From Blepharisma stoltei ATCC 30299 (lineage: Eukaryota > Protista > Ciliophora): DNA of 64,000 nt. The notes under the pieces were generated by a model, which was given only the letters and a program-made list of their open reading frames with translations, searched no databases and was not told the origin of the DNA. The stretch covers positions 124,001-188,000 of the forward strand of contig CBFDEM010000043.1 of the NCBI GenBank assembly GCA_965603825.1, written 5' to 3'. Both the position numbers and the translations under genes were made by a program. Positions within the stretch are counted from its first letter, which is position 1; every line of letters starts with the position of its first letter. This document shows, piece after piece, positions 36,001-48,556 of this stretch.

Positions 36001-39000
36001 TACAGCCAGTGCTGAAATTAAGTATACTTATGATGTACTATGAAGGGTCATTTCAAGTGAAAATATATGGGCAGAAGAAGATGCCAGCGTTGACATAAGG
36101 CAACTTAATGCTATGCTTGGGTATTCAAAAAATAATTTAATGAGGACAGACAAAATCACTAGAGATTTAATTACCCCGTCCAGAATTTCAGCTAGCTATA
36201 AGTCAATAACAAATGAAGCTTCCACCAAAATGGAAGCAAATTTGAGCATTGAGAGTTTATGTGTGGTATATGGATTTAGGGACATTTTATTTTTCCAAGA
36301 AGTCGCAAAACCATGGCTTGCTATTGATTTTTCTCAATTTTCCGAAAAAAAGAAATCACATAGCCAGGTGGAAAATAAAGATACAATACATTTTAGCTTT
36401 GATTGTGACTCTTTGCAGCTGACTATGCTGGAGGATACTACAAAAAATCCTTATAGTTTACTTCATATGCAATTTTCTAATATGATGGCTACAGGGGAAC
36501 AAAAAGAGTCCCAAAAATTTGAATTTTCCACAATAATGAATATAAATTATTATAATTCTTATAATTCAACGTGGGAGCCTTTATTGGAAGATTGGAATTT
36601 TAGCTTGCTTATGAAGCAATTAAACCCAAAAGCGCCTATTGAATTAGCTTTAGTAAGCTTAGAGACTTTGAATATAAATTTATCATATAGCATGGCAGAA
36701 ACTGTAAGTTTAATTATCAAAAGATTTAGCCAGAATTTAAGTGATTGGGGAAATGAAAAATTCTATGAACAAGGTGAAGAAATGGATGGGCTTAACAAAA
36801 AAACATATAAAATTTACAATAAATTAGGGAAAGATTTAGAAGTCTGAATAGATTCCCCAAATGCCGCTCATTGGAAACTGAAAAATGAAAAAAGTGTTAA
36901 ATTCGGCCAAGACCAAATAAATAGCTTGTTTATGGTAAATTTAGCGCATTCAAAAACTACGTCTATGCTTCAGACAGCACAGACACCAAGTGCTATCGCT
37001 TTAACGCTTGAAAGCTTTTATTCAGTCCATGGGATTATCATAGAAAATGCTGGGATGCAGTTAGTCATGATTTCTAATGGGGATACCCAATACCCGATTT
37101 TAATCAATGTAAAAAGCTATGAAAATAAACAAGAAATCCATATACAAAGTGGTATAGTGATTATGAATAACACAGATTTCCCTATCACTTTGATATTAAA
37201 TACTGATGAAATGACTATAAAAGAAAACAGCTCATCTTCTCTACCTTTTTCTTGGCTTGATTCTGCTTCAAAAATAGCGATTAAAACCAGTACAGGAACA
37301 CTCGAAATAACGTCAACCGCAATGCTCCGTATCGATGAAAACTTGTATGTGCTCATTGAAAATTTCAGTTATATTTTTGATGGTGTCAGAACTTTAAGAG
37401 TTATGGAAATTAACCCTCCGATTTTATTTGAAAATTTATTGCCTTGTCCTATGACTGTTTATTATGATGAAAATTCGTCATCAGATTTGATATTATCAGG
37501 AACTCATGCAGCTATATACAAGTTTAACCCAGAGCAGAAATTTAAATTTGAAATCCATATAGATGAAAATACCAAGGTAAGCACAGGCTGGATTAATTCT
37601 TTTGAAAAAGCAAGAATTTCGCTGCTTGAGAAGCCAAAAAGCAGTCTTCATTTAGAAAAATCAGTAAAAGACTTTAGATCTTGTAGTAATTTAGACTTAC
37701 TAGATCTAGAAAAAACAAGCCAAGATGCCCAAGAATCACTTAAAAATATTTTAATTACAATTTCAGCTGAACACATAATCATCAATAAAACGGGGCATGA
37801 TTTGCAGGTTGAAAGCCTTTTAGTAGAAAAAAACCAAATTGGCTTTTTTTCAAGCAAAAAGAATAAAATAAAAATTAAATTCCCTGAAGAAGACCAATGG
37901 AGTGGTGGATTTAATAAAAATACAATAGGGATTTCTGGCCTTGTAAAAGTCCCTAAAACTCTTCAAGAAAGGAATATAAAAACTTTGATGTTTGGCGTGA
38001 ATATTGCCAATGCCCCACTTCCTCTAGTAAAAACAAAAGTTATTACCTTATGTCCAAGATATATAATTGCTAATTATTTAGGATACCCAGTCTATATAAA
38101 GCAATACGATAAAAGAAAAAACCAGCAATTCACAAAATTCAGACTAGAGGATAATGAAAAAATCCAATACCAGCCTGATGACTTATCAATCCAAGTAGGA
38201 GTCCAAGTTTCAGCTGATGGAAATAGATGGTCTGGGCCATTTAATATTGATGATCTTGAAGATTTCCAAATACGTTTTCCAGGAGAAGAACAAGTCATTG
38301 TTGAAGATAACACTTTATTTAAGCTTGAAGACAATACATGACATATCCCAAGACAAACTAATGGTAATATGCATTATGCCCGCATTGTTGTTTCATCTGA
38401 AGATGAAGCCACAATTTTTATAAATTTTGTTGTCCCAAAAAATCCTGAATATAAAATTTCAAATCATACTGAAGAAATAATCACGATAAAACAAAGCGGA
38501 TTTGATGATTTTTCAATGACTATAAAGCCAGGGAGTGTCGTTCCATGGGCTTTTGATGATAATTTGGTAAATAATAAAAAAATTATTGTGGAAAGTGAAA
38601 ATGCGAAAAATAAATACTCGTTGGAAAAAATCCAAAAACAGAAAAATTTTGGAAACCATAAAGTAGAAGTCGTAGTCGAAGGGGTAACTAGGCAGCTTAA
38701 TATAAGTGAGCCTGATCTTCCTAAAGGGACTAGTATTGTCCAAGCTCTATATGAAATGTTTGCTGTGAAATCATCATTTAAAGTTTTATTAGAAATGAAA
38801 GGGATAGGTCTTTCGATAATTGATGAAAAGCCGACAGAAAAAATTTATATCAGTATGATGGGCTTGTTTGCCAAGCTTAAAAAGACTGATATTCTTTTTG
38901 GGAAAAGATTAGACACAGCCTTAAAAGCTGATATAAAATTGGGGAATTTCCAAATAGATAATATGGATAATATGAATAGCATGTTTCCTGTAATCTATTC

Positions 39001-40564
39001 CCCTGTCGCTATTAACAAAGAAGAATCAGGAGAAATCGTTCCATTTATCCAATTTAAGCTTCAAAGAGAGATCAGAACGTGCATAAATCAGCAGTCAAAT
39101 ACAATAGATAAAATTAGCTGGCTCGAGCTTCTCATACAAAGTATGCAGGCAAAAATCAATGAGGATACTTTGTGGACATTATTAAAATTACAAGGAAATA
39201 TCCTTGATAAACTCAATGCTTCACTTGAAAATTTGTCGACTGAAAATAAAGGGAAATATATGAAAGATTTATATCCTCAGCTTGCGGCTACACAGCCAGT
39301 TTTACCATTTGATCCTACCCTCATGAATAAAAAAACTTATTTTTTATTTATAAGATTATGCGCTATCAAATTAAATCTGACGTTCAGAAAAAAAATGACA
39401 CAAATCAGACTTGATCCTAAAAAAGGTTTTGGGGCAGCAGGTTTATTAGAAACCCTTAGTGGAGCGTTTGCGAATATTTCTGACTCACCTTTGTTTTTCA
39501 GAGAATTAATGATGACTCAATGCTTCCAAACCCTAGACAATCTAACCTGGATTATCATGAAAAATTATATTAGACAAGGGATTATTCAAGTATACAAAAT
39601 ATTAGGATCTTCTGATATGATCGGTAATCCTATAGGACTTGTTGATAAACTAGGGACAGGCGTTTTTGAATTTTTCAATGAACCCGCAAAAGGACTTCTT
39701 AAAGGTCCGAAATCATTTGCCCAAGGAGTAGGAAAAGGCTTCAAATCTTTAGTAGGAAATGTTATAGCTGGCGGCTTTGGATCAGTCTCAAAAATAACTG
39801 GGTCTCTTTATAAAGTTGTAAAACAAGTAGGAGGAAATGATGAAGACGTTCATAAAATCAATGAATCTGACAATATTGGAAAAAACATGTATGAAGGGTT
39901 TAAAGGCGGAGTTATGGATGTAGCTGACGGAATTAAAGGAGTTTTCACAAAACCATGGAAAGGTGCTAAAGAAGGAGGAGCCAAAGGATTCTTCAAAGGG
40001 CTTGGCTCCGGAGTCGCAGGTCTCGTTGTCTCACCTGTCGCCGCTGTTTTGAAATTTGGGTCCACAATTACTGGAGGAGTATCATCAGCTGCCATTCTAT
40101 TAGCTAGAGGAAAAGTCCAAACTTTGGGAAGAGTTCGATTTCCTAGGCAGTTTGGCGCTAGAAGAATTTTGGAAGCTTATAATAGTGAATTAGCAGAGGC
40201 CCAGGAGCTTTTAAAGAATCTTCAAGGTCATAAAGGAGAACAAATGATTTATTATATTCATATAGTTGAAGAAGAAGACCTCATATTAATTTTGACGACA
40301 AAATATATTTTATTTTTAGTTGATGCTGAGCTCATAAAGCAGCTAAAAGTGGAAGAAATTGATAAGCTAGAAGTTCATAGGTTTGATAAACAATTTTATA
40401 TGTGTGTAGCAACGCCCAAAGATGAATTTGTTTTAAAGAGCTGGTCTTATGGGCCGATTGCCAAAATGTACACTGCTGTTATCTCGCTTCCAAATTCATT
40501 GAAAAATAGGAAATCAATTGCAAAAGTTAAAGTTCCTGCACATTATAAAAGAGAATGCTGCTAA
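33089..40564 (+). CDS. VPS13: VPS13 bridge-like lipid transfer protein (~2491 aa)
   Basis: Chorein-N start (LNKVLGDFVEGL..QLNI..FSGEV.LKNL), 'IPW' with W = TGA 33293, WEPLLEDW, VAB 'TKVITLCPRYII.N', ATG2_C-like GNPIGL...GV/KPWKGAKEGG, C-terminal PH. Seven in-frame TGAs (33293, 33374, 34478, 35651, 36041, 36845, 38339) join all fragments in one frame. Confidence 0.95.
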
Positions 40565-41173
40565 GTTAAAACTTAAAATTAAATTAAATTCCTCATTTTA
40601 AATGGAAATTCATTTAATATTCAAAATAATTCAAAAAAGGCTTCTTAATTAAAATAATTTTCAGAATTGAATAGCAAAGTCAAAATTGAGAGATTGAAGA
40701 GTTTTTGATAAAGGCTTTATTAGGAGAGAGAAAAGAACTTAAGGTCACATATATTATTGTAGCAAAAGAAATTGCTTATTATATTTTAAATTTTTTGAAA
40801 GGAATCTTCGGCTTCGAAAATTAAAGAATAGGCCTTAGTATGAAAATTTAAGACATTCTTATTCAGTTTGGAGAATATGCCAGCGATTTAGTTAGATGAA
40901 ATTATTTTTAAGTCAAGTCTTTTTATTCTTACTTTTTTTATACTCATATCTAAGCTAATCTGTCGAAAAAATAAATATTCCAATTATCCAGTATGAAACC
41001 CATAAATCCCCAAAAAAACCTCTCCAATTTAAAGTTTTTAAAATTTGAATATAATATAAGAATAACAATAACCTACGACTATGCTTTCAGTTAATTCAAT
41101 AAATTTAAATTTAAATATTAACAAAGATTTCATGTTATAACCTTTTTAGTTAAAGATAAGCAATTCAAGCCAT

Positions 41174-42298
41174 CTAGCCCATAACTAATATATTCCCATT
41201 CTTAAACCCAACGTAAATTTCCAGGGTGTCCCTATTAACGCCAAAGCCTTTAATTTGATCCTCAAATATGGGCAAATTAAAAGTATTTACAATTTGCCGG
41301 GTTTCAATTGAGATTATAATGACGAGTGATCTCAATTGATCGAGGACAAAAACATAGCCATTGGCGTCACTGATAGTGAGTCTAGAGGATTTTACTATAA
41401 TATATTCATCAAGGTGCGAGAGGAAGGCAGCTCGACCTTCGTCGAAAAATACTAATGCGTCATTTGAAGATTTAGGCCTGAAGAAAGTTCTTGGATGGTA
41501 TTTCGTGTATGTCCTGCTCTCTAAAGTAACGTAATTTGTCTTAATTAACTTGTTTTCATCATATCCAATAACTAGGTAGCTACCTATTATCTCTCAGTAA
41601 AATAAGGTTCCATGTGTCCTTAGGTTGATGCGGTAGGTGTTGCCGGTGCTCAGCTCGCGAATCTCAAACTTGAGACCATTTTTTCTGAAGCCGCATATTA
41701 TTAAACATGCTCCTGAGTACTTTGCTTTGTAACCCTCGCGTAGGACGCAGCTATACGCACATGATCCTAATTCACCATCAAGAAGCCAAAAGGTGTCACC
41801 TGCGCATATGACCATGTAATTGTCTACGAAGTTTGCAAGCTGGGTGATCGTGTCGCTGATGTCTATAAAGGTGAAGACCTTGACGCGCCTTATGAGGTTA
41901 TTGTTAAGGTCTGATATGCTAAACATATAAAACCTGACCTTGTCACTGGTAACTTTTGATACAATCAATAATAGAGAGTCACCGAATTTTTCAATACCAA
42001 TAGCGTTCTCATTTGCATTTGATAGCTTTAAAGACATTGAAAGGTTTGGTGAATGGTGGTAAACAAGGCTACCTTCCTCATTGATTGAGCAAAAAAAGTC
42101 CTCATAGCCATTGAAGAAAACTACTCCCTTGAAACGAGCCATTGCAAGTGAATCAGCTTCATGAGTGAGCCATTTCTAAATAAAGCTTACTTGACTATTT
42201 CAGTTGTAACTCCGAATAGATGCATCAGAGAGACTCAGAGTCGCTCCTACTCCAAGTTCTCGCGATAAAATAAGATCTCGAATTCGAAAAGTTTCCAT
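41174..42298 (-). CDS. Beta-propeller-like protein with an N-terminal H-box-like motif (one 15-nt intron)
   Basis: ATG 42298, TGA 42200, intron 42176..42190, ORF 41594..42142, TGA 41594, TAG 41174-41176. Beta-strand-rich; ends EIYVGFKNGNILV. Confidence 0.7.
42176..42190 (-). other. 15-nt spliceosomal intron
   Basis: gtaagctttatttag; its terminal TAG is in frame. Confidence 0.85.
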
Positions 42299-42739
42299 GT
42301 ATATTATAATGTAGGAATTATTGATGGCGTCGATAAGATTTGTATTTTAGTGCGTTTAACCTTAATAAGCAGACTAATATATATATAAACTTCAATTAAA
42401 AACTCTTTCAATTTTATTGAAAATTTTTCGATTTTATTGAAATTTCTTTTCCTTTCATTTTTTCTCAACGTCTTCTTGATTTTGATGCTAATGTTTTTTA
42501 GACGCCATTACGGGAGAATATAAGGTTATTATTGTTGTGTTGGGTTGGATCTGTATTAAGACTGATTTTAAGAATGATCTAATGTATAACAAAAAATTTA
42601 AGCCTAAAACACAAGTTTTTCTCAACTTACAGTTCAAGATGAAACACTACTAATTAATGATAGACCTATCGAGCCAGCCCTTAATAAAAAAGTCAAGCTT
42701 TCAAATGGTAAGCCTATCTTAAGAGAAGCCAGGCCAACA

Positions 42740-43957
42740 ATGTCAGTTGGATTTAAAACAATCCGAAAAATTCTTCAGAAAATAATAAAAGACCCTGCGT
42801 CCGCAAGTTTTCGAAAGCCAGTTAACCTAAATGAGTACCCTGACTACTATTCAAAAGTTAAAGAACCTATTGATTTATCTACAATCAAAACGAAATTATA
42901 TGAAAATAAATACGAAATAGGCTATCAATTTGCTAGTGATATGCGATTGCTATGAAGTAATTCATTTTTGTATAATAAAAGAGGATCAGAGCTTTACCAA
43001 ATTACTTTAGTACTAAGCTCTGTTTTTGAAAAGCTTATGAGAGGAAATGAAAGCTTGGTATTGAGCCATGATTATGATTATTCAAAAAAGCATAAAAAAA
43101 TAGACGAAAAACCAATAGAAAAATCAATAGAAAAGGTGATAGAAAAGCCAGAGGCAAAATCTGAAGAAAAAGCTGATGAAAAGACAACTGAAAATTTAGA
43201 TAATGATATTCAGGAGCCTATTGAAGCCAAAAAAACACCAAGAAAAAAGAGGAAAACTGCAAACAAAAAGCCAATCACTTTGATAGAAGATGAAAAAGAA
43301 CCAGAAAATAATTCAGAAAATCTACCTAATAATTCTCAAGAGCTTTCAGAAAATATAAAAACACCAAAACTAAAACGAAGAGCTGCTAATGAAAAGCCAA
43401 TGACCATTATAGAGAAAAAAAAACTTTGTTTAGACATAAAAAAGCTGAACCAAAGATTTTTAAATGGGGTCCTCGAAATAGTGAAAAAATGTATGGACAT
43501 TAATGGAAAACAGTTTGAGTTTGACATAGACAAACTGCCAGCTGGAATTTGTAGGGAACTAGAAAAATACGTAAAGTTCTGCATGAAAAGTTGTTCTGGC
43601 AAGCAAAGAAAAAGAAATCCAGCGAACAGCAAAGATAAGCAAAATTTAAATGATCAACAGCCAGGAAGCAGTGAAATGAAAATAGAAGAACTAAGGATGC
43701 CTCAACAAGTACAGAGCTTAATGCAGAAAAATTATGAAGAAGAACTAATTGGAAATATAAATTCAAGTGAAAGCGAGAATGAGAATGAGAGCGATATGGA
43801 GCTAATGCATGATGTGGGCCTTATTCCTCCAAATAAAGAAGATAGTGAAAGCCTGCCGAGGGCTTCTAATATTTGGAATGAAGCTAGCGATAAATGCTTT
43901 ATGCCTTCGAAGTTTAATAAACAAAACTCGGCTGCCGAAATAATAGAAATAAATTAA
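42740..43957 (+). CDS. Bromodomain + ET domain (BET/GTE-like) protein; 5' end uncertain
   Basis: FRKPV...YPDYY..VKEPIDLSTIK, DMRLL-W(TGA 42953)-SNSFLYN; ET domain MT..EKKKL..DIKKL...EFDIDKL...RELEKYV. Confidence 0.9.
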
Positions 43958-44271
43958 ATTTAAAGCCAAAGCAATTTTCTGAAGCTAATTTAAATATAAA
44001 GATATTTTACATTTCAATTTGGGAAGACTAAAATAAATAATTATATAGAGAAATTTTAAAATCAATAAATTTGGTAATAAAAATTTGATAAATTGCAATT
44101 TAAAAAATTTGCTTCTAAATGCCTTTTATAAATTATAATTATAATAATGCTGAATTTTAACTTATTTTCCTAAATTTCTATTTTATTTATGTTCTTAATT
44201 ATTGTTAATTTTATTGAAAATTTTAAAATTTGGAAAGAAATAGGTCAAATTATTTCATTTTAAGTGAAAAT

Positions 44272-45126
44272 ATGGCGATCCTTCAAAAAAGCATTCTTCT
44301 TCGTTCTGGTATAGAAATCCCTCAAATTGGTTTTGGAACCTATCAAATGAAAGGGCCACCCTGCGAATCTGCTGTTGAATACGCTTTATCAGTAGGCTAC
44401 AGACACATAGATACAGCTATTTTTTACCAAAACGAAAGGATAATTGGCCGAGTCATAAAGCCATATGAAAGGCAAAAATTATTTATCACATCAAAAATCC
44501 CACCAAACCTTCAAGGCTATGACACCGCTTACAATGCAGTCCTTTCTTCCATTGAAAATTTGGATACAGATTATCTTGACCTAGTCCTTATTCACTGACC
44601 CGGAGTCTCAGGAAATAGCCCAAACGACCCCAAAAATGCACAAACAAGATTAAATACATGAAGGGCACTAGAGCAGCTGAAAAAAGAAAATAAAATCAGG
44701 TCAATTGGAGTCAGCAATTTCCTTGTCAGCCATCTAAGAAAGCTAATGGACCATGCAGAAATTATTCCTGACATTAATCAAGTAGAATATCACCCTTTGT
44801 GCCAAAATCAAAATTTATTAGAATTTTGTAAGGAAAACCATATTCAAATTGAAGCTTATTCGCCATTGGCAAGAGGAAATGAACAATTGTGGAGTAATCG
44901 AGATGTTGTTAGGATTGCTAGGGAAAGAAGTGCAACAATTGCTCAGGTACTTTTGAAGTGGGGAATTAATAAAGGCTTTGTGGTGCTTCCGAAGAGTGTG
45001 ACGAGAGAAAGAATACTTGAAAATATTCAGTTAGACCATTTCGAGTTGAGTGAACATGATATGGAAACTTTGGAGAATCTTAATCAAGATTTGCACACGT
45101 GTTGGAATCCGGTGAATATCCTATAA
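44272..45126 (+). CDS. Aldo-keto reductase
   Basis: IPQIGFGT, GYRHIDTA..Y.NE, LFITSK, YLDLVLIH-W(TGA 44596)-P, T-W(TGA 44659)-RALE, IGVSNF, NQVEYHP, AYSPL, LPKS. Confidence 0.95.
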
Positions 45127-45466
45127 GATCCAGATATAATTTCTATATAATTATTGTTATCATTAACTTGATTTATAATTTTTTATTGTAAACTTTTTTC
45201 TAGTAAGTAGCATACAGAATGCTAAATCAAGCTAACTCATTCTTTCTTTTAAACTTTGAGATAGCTGATCAGCTAAGTTTAGAAGCTAAAAAATATAATC
45301 TCAATAAAATATGCGTAAATAGCGAACAAATTTTCTTAATTAGTTATAGTGATTTTAACAATTTTAAAAAATAAAATTAACACACTCAGCACTAATATTG
45401 CAAAATTTTTATCACAATAATTTATGAAATATTGATAAAATACCATAATTTGCTTAAAGTATTAAT

Positions 45467-46168
45467 TTATTTCCTATAATCAGGTACGAAATTCGCTCTT
45501 TGGTTGAGAATTTCTTTTTGCTCCTGCTTCAGCTCACTTAATCCATCATGTGCTGAGGCCCTCGATTGTGCATATGTAAGCCCAAAAATATTATCCGCAG
45601 CCACTCTTCTGGAAACTCCTGTATATCCTGGTATCGGTTCTCCATGCTTTATAGGCTCTTCTTGCTGCTCTCTCCCAAAGAAAATTTCAGCTGTGGTCTG
45701 CAAGTCATCTCCTTTATTATTATCCTGAAAATTCACTTTACTGTCCCCAAAAAACGCATTGGTCGCTGCCTTAAATTCCCTATCCTCATCCTCAATAGCC
45801 CAAAACTTATACTGAGTTTCAATAGGAATAACAATTGGATCTTTCCCTTTTTTAGGCTGAACGCCTAATATTTCAGTTGCTGTCTTTTCTTTTACAGTGC
45901 TTAAGTTAATGAATTGTTCTCTATAAGCCGATTTATACTTATCTTTTGGGTCCGTGTCCAAGCCTTTTGGGAATTCCCCTGCTAATGATTTGTGAGTGAT
46001 TTTTCCATAAGTTTCTCCAAAGAGATTTTCAGACTTGGTGCTAGGAATGTAGCCTTGGTAGCCTGGAATGTGGCTTTGATTAGCGTTTCTGCCTATTCCT
46101 TCTTCTTCGTCTAAGCCAGATGGGATGTGGCCTGTATAGCCTGGAAGGTGTTTGAAATTTGTTGTCAT
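45467..46168 (-). CDS. FAM166/CIMIP-like microtubule inner protein (PGY.G repeats)
   Basis: LPGYTGHIP, IPGYQGYIP...ENLFGETYG, IPGYTG....ADNIFGLTY. Confidence 0.75.
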   Translation of the reverse strand: MTTNFKHLPGYTGHIPSGLDEEEGIGRNANQSHIPGYQGYIPSTKSENLFGETYGKITHKSLAGEFPKGLDTDPKDKYKSAYREQFINLSTVKEKTATEILGVQPKKGKDPIVIPIETQYKFWAIEDEDREFKAATNAFFGDSKVNFQDNNKGDDLQTTAEIFFGREQQEEPIKHGEPIPGYTGVSRRVAADNIFGLTYAQSRASAHDGLSELKQEQKEILNQRANFVPDYRK

Positions 46169-46201
46169 TTATTTATAACTGTCATAAGTTTATGATAATT
46201 T

Positions 46202-46462
46202 ATGGATAAAGAAATAGAAAAGAAAATCAAGGAAGAATTGGAAGGAAAATATACCTGCAGAAAATGCTCGGAAAAATTAAAATTATTGATTTTACCATTT
46301 TTAGGAGCGATGGTGATACTAAGGGAAGCGAGCTTAAAAAGTGATGTGCTGAAGTATAGGATACAGAGACTTACGGAAGGGTTTACGATCAAAAAAGGGA
46401 TGCTTTATGGAGTACCGATTGTGGCATTTTCAGGGTATTTTTGATGGAATGAGCTGAAGTAA
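46202..46462 (+). CDS. Small two-TM protein with CxxC (DMAC1-like?)
   Basis: Extends through TGA 46442 to TAA 46460-46462; CRKC followed by two hydrophobic segments. Confidence 0.6.
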
Positions 46463-46893
46463 GGAATTTTATGATTTTTAAGAGAAGATTTTAATAAGCG
46501 CATAAATATAATATTAAGTATGATTAGAAAATGCTTTATGGAGTGAAAAACTTTTATTTATTAAATAAAATGTTTTATCACTAACGAAATTTATATTGCT
46601 TAGAGTTCAGTAAAATTGATTTATAACTCATCAGAAATCCTATGATAATTTTAAGATTTTACCAATCATTACTTAATTAGCTAATCATTTCAAAGCAAAA
46701 ATTGAATAAAACCATGAGTCAGTAAATTTTTCATCAGGCTGCACTTTCAATATTATAGCTAAAATACTACTAATTTTAAGTAATCAATGCTCTTCTTTCA
46801 TGTATTTTCAAAATTAATATTGTTAGGCTCTTGTAATATTATTAAAATTCTGACATTCATTTTAATTCTATTGTCAGTAACATTTATAATAAT

Positions 46894-47463
46894 ATGGTAG
46901 TCAATCAAGACATAGATAATGCAGAGAAGGCTGTGAGGTATGGGGTGCCATTTAAGCTTCGTCACGTAGCATCTGGATCAGTTTTACACTCTCACTATAG
47001 TAACTACTCATCTGGGTCTTACCAGCAAGAAGTCGGGTGCTACGAAAGTAATGACATCAATGACTGGTGGATTGTAAAAGGACCATCAGGCACTGATTTA
47101 TGGAATTGCTCTATAGGTGAGCCAGTATTGAACAACTCAATAATTCGGCTTTATCATGTTGGGACTCGCAAATATCTGAGATCAGATCATTGGCATTTTT
47201 CACCAACAAGTTATCAGCAAGAAGTAATGTGCGATGGAGAGTGCGACAATAGAGACGACAATGACGATTGAAAGCTTGAAATTGAAGGAGCTAACCCTGC
47301 TGACCCTTGGCTTGGGGAGCAAAAAGTTTTTCTGATCCATGTAAACACTGGATTGGCCTTGCGCTCAAATTTCGGAAAGTATATTAACTCGCTACAGCAA
47401 GAAGTTTCCTGCCATTTTGGAAAAGATATAAATGGATTCTGGCGAGTTGAAAGTATGGCTTAA
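46894..47463 (+). CDS. MIR-domain (SDF2-like) beta-trefoil protein
   Basis: Three MIR repeats: KLRHVASGSVLHSH..QQEV..W, RLYHVGT..L...QQEV..W (TGA 47269), LIHVNTG..L...QQEV..W; TAA 47461-47463. Confidence 0.9.
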
Positions 47464-48134
47464 AATAAATGATATTGCTTTAAAATTCCTTAAATTAAAA
47501 TTTCCATTAATAGTTAGAATGGGATTTATAGGTACGTATATCTCGATTCTATTGAATTTTGATCTTATTGGAAATATAAATATCTGCAACGAATATATAA
47601 ATACATTATTGAGGAATAATTAGATTTAGCAAAGCTTTAAATGTCATACTCCAAGTTGAGTCTATTATAGATCGTTTACACCTCATTTAATAGAGAACAG
47701 CACCTATGGGCTTATTATTAAGTGATTTTAAAGCTAATGATTAGAAGATTTTCTTTTCTAAAATATTTTTGTGATAATTTTATGTGCTCTCATTTTTTAA
47801 TTGATTTTAATAGTGAGAAATACTTACTAGAATTTACAATATGCATTTTATAAGAAATCCAGCAAAAATAAGCAATCATAAGGATAGCTTTTACTTTTAG
47901 ATGTAAAATATTTTAATGGAGCTGAAAGGTAGAGTAATTTAAAAATTTCAACCAATTGCTTACTTTTTACTTTAAATGGTTTGCTATCTACTTTTAAATC
48001 ATAGTCACATTATTGATTATTTTTGAAGTAGAGTCTATTTTATCCTAATTTTTTGTAATTTTACTTAATATCAAAAAACATTGCTATATTTTAAAAATTC
48101 CAAATTATAATGTTTATAAAATACTGAATTATAT

Positions 48135-48500
48135 ATGGAAGACGAGGAAGAGCCAAAAAAATGTGAGCCAGAGATATTAATCCCTCCAAACTTAGAAATA
48201 AAATCTCTTAAAAGTGAAGGAGAAAATTTAAATGAACTTAATAAAGAAAATTGCCATAAATTCAAAAATTGCCCAATGTGAATTATATTAGTAACAATAT
48301 TTTTTACAATTACAGCAATTGTAATAGTAATCGTTGGATTTATACTTGCTTCAGATAAATTATCTGAAGCTTTACCGTGCTGAATAATTGCATCATTAAT
48401 GATGATCCCACTAGGATACTGCTATACCTTGCTAATTAAAGCATATTACGCCAAGCCAGAAGAAAGAAAAGGCATTTTATTTGAAATCCCTGACATATAG
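48135..48500 (+). CDS. TMEM230/TMEM134-like two-TM protein (absent from the ORF track)
   Basis: 121 aa with TGA 48279 and 48381 = W; two hydrophobic helices, 'LMMIP.GY', C-terminal 'FEIPD'. Confidence 0.75.
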
Positions 48501-48556
48501 TCCCAAATTTTAATTTAAAGTAAATTAATTTCTATCAAAATAATCTCCATTAAAGT

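Noticed and set aside
33089-40564. VPS13, RNase Z, CEP290 and others as fragmented pseudogenes or multi-gene operons
   Set aside because: All breaks are in-frame TGA, often at conserved Trp, with no frameshifts; recoding explains them.
40565-41173. Long AT-rich spacers (also 31680-32410 and 47470-48130) as IESs or transposon remnants
   Set aside because: No TIRs or transposase found and no gene is interrupted; this cannot be judged without MIC/MAC read comparison.
42708-42723. gtaagcctatcttaag as an intron linking an upstream ATG to the BET gene
   Set aside because: Removal gives the wrong frame or meets an upstream TAA.
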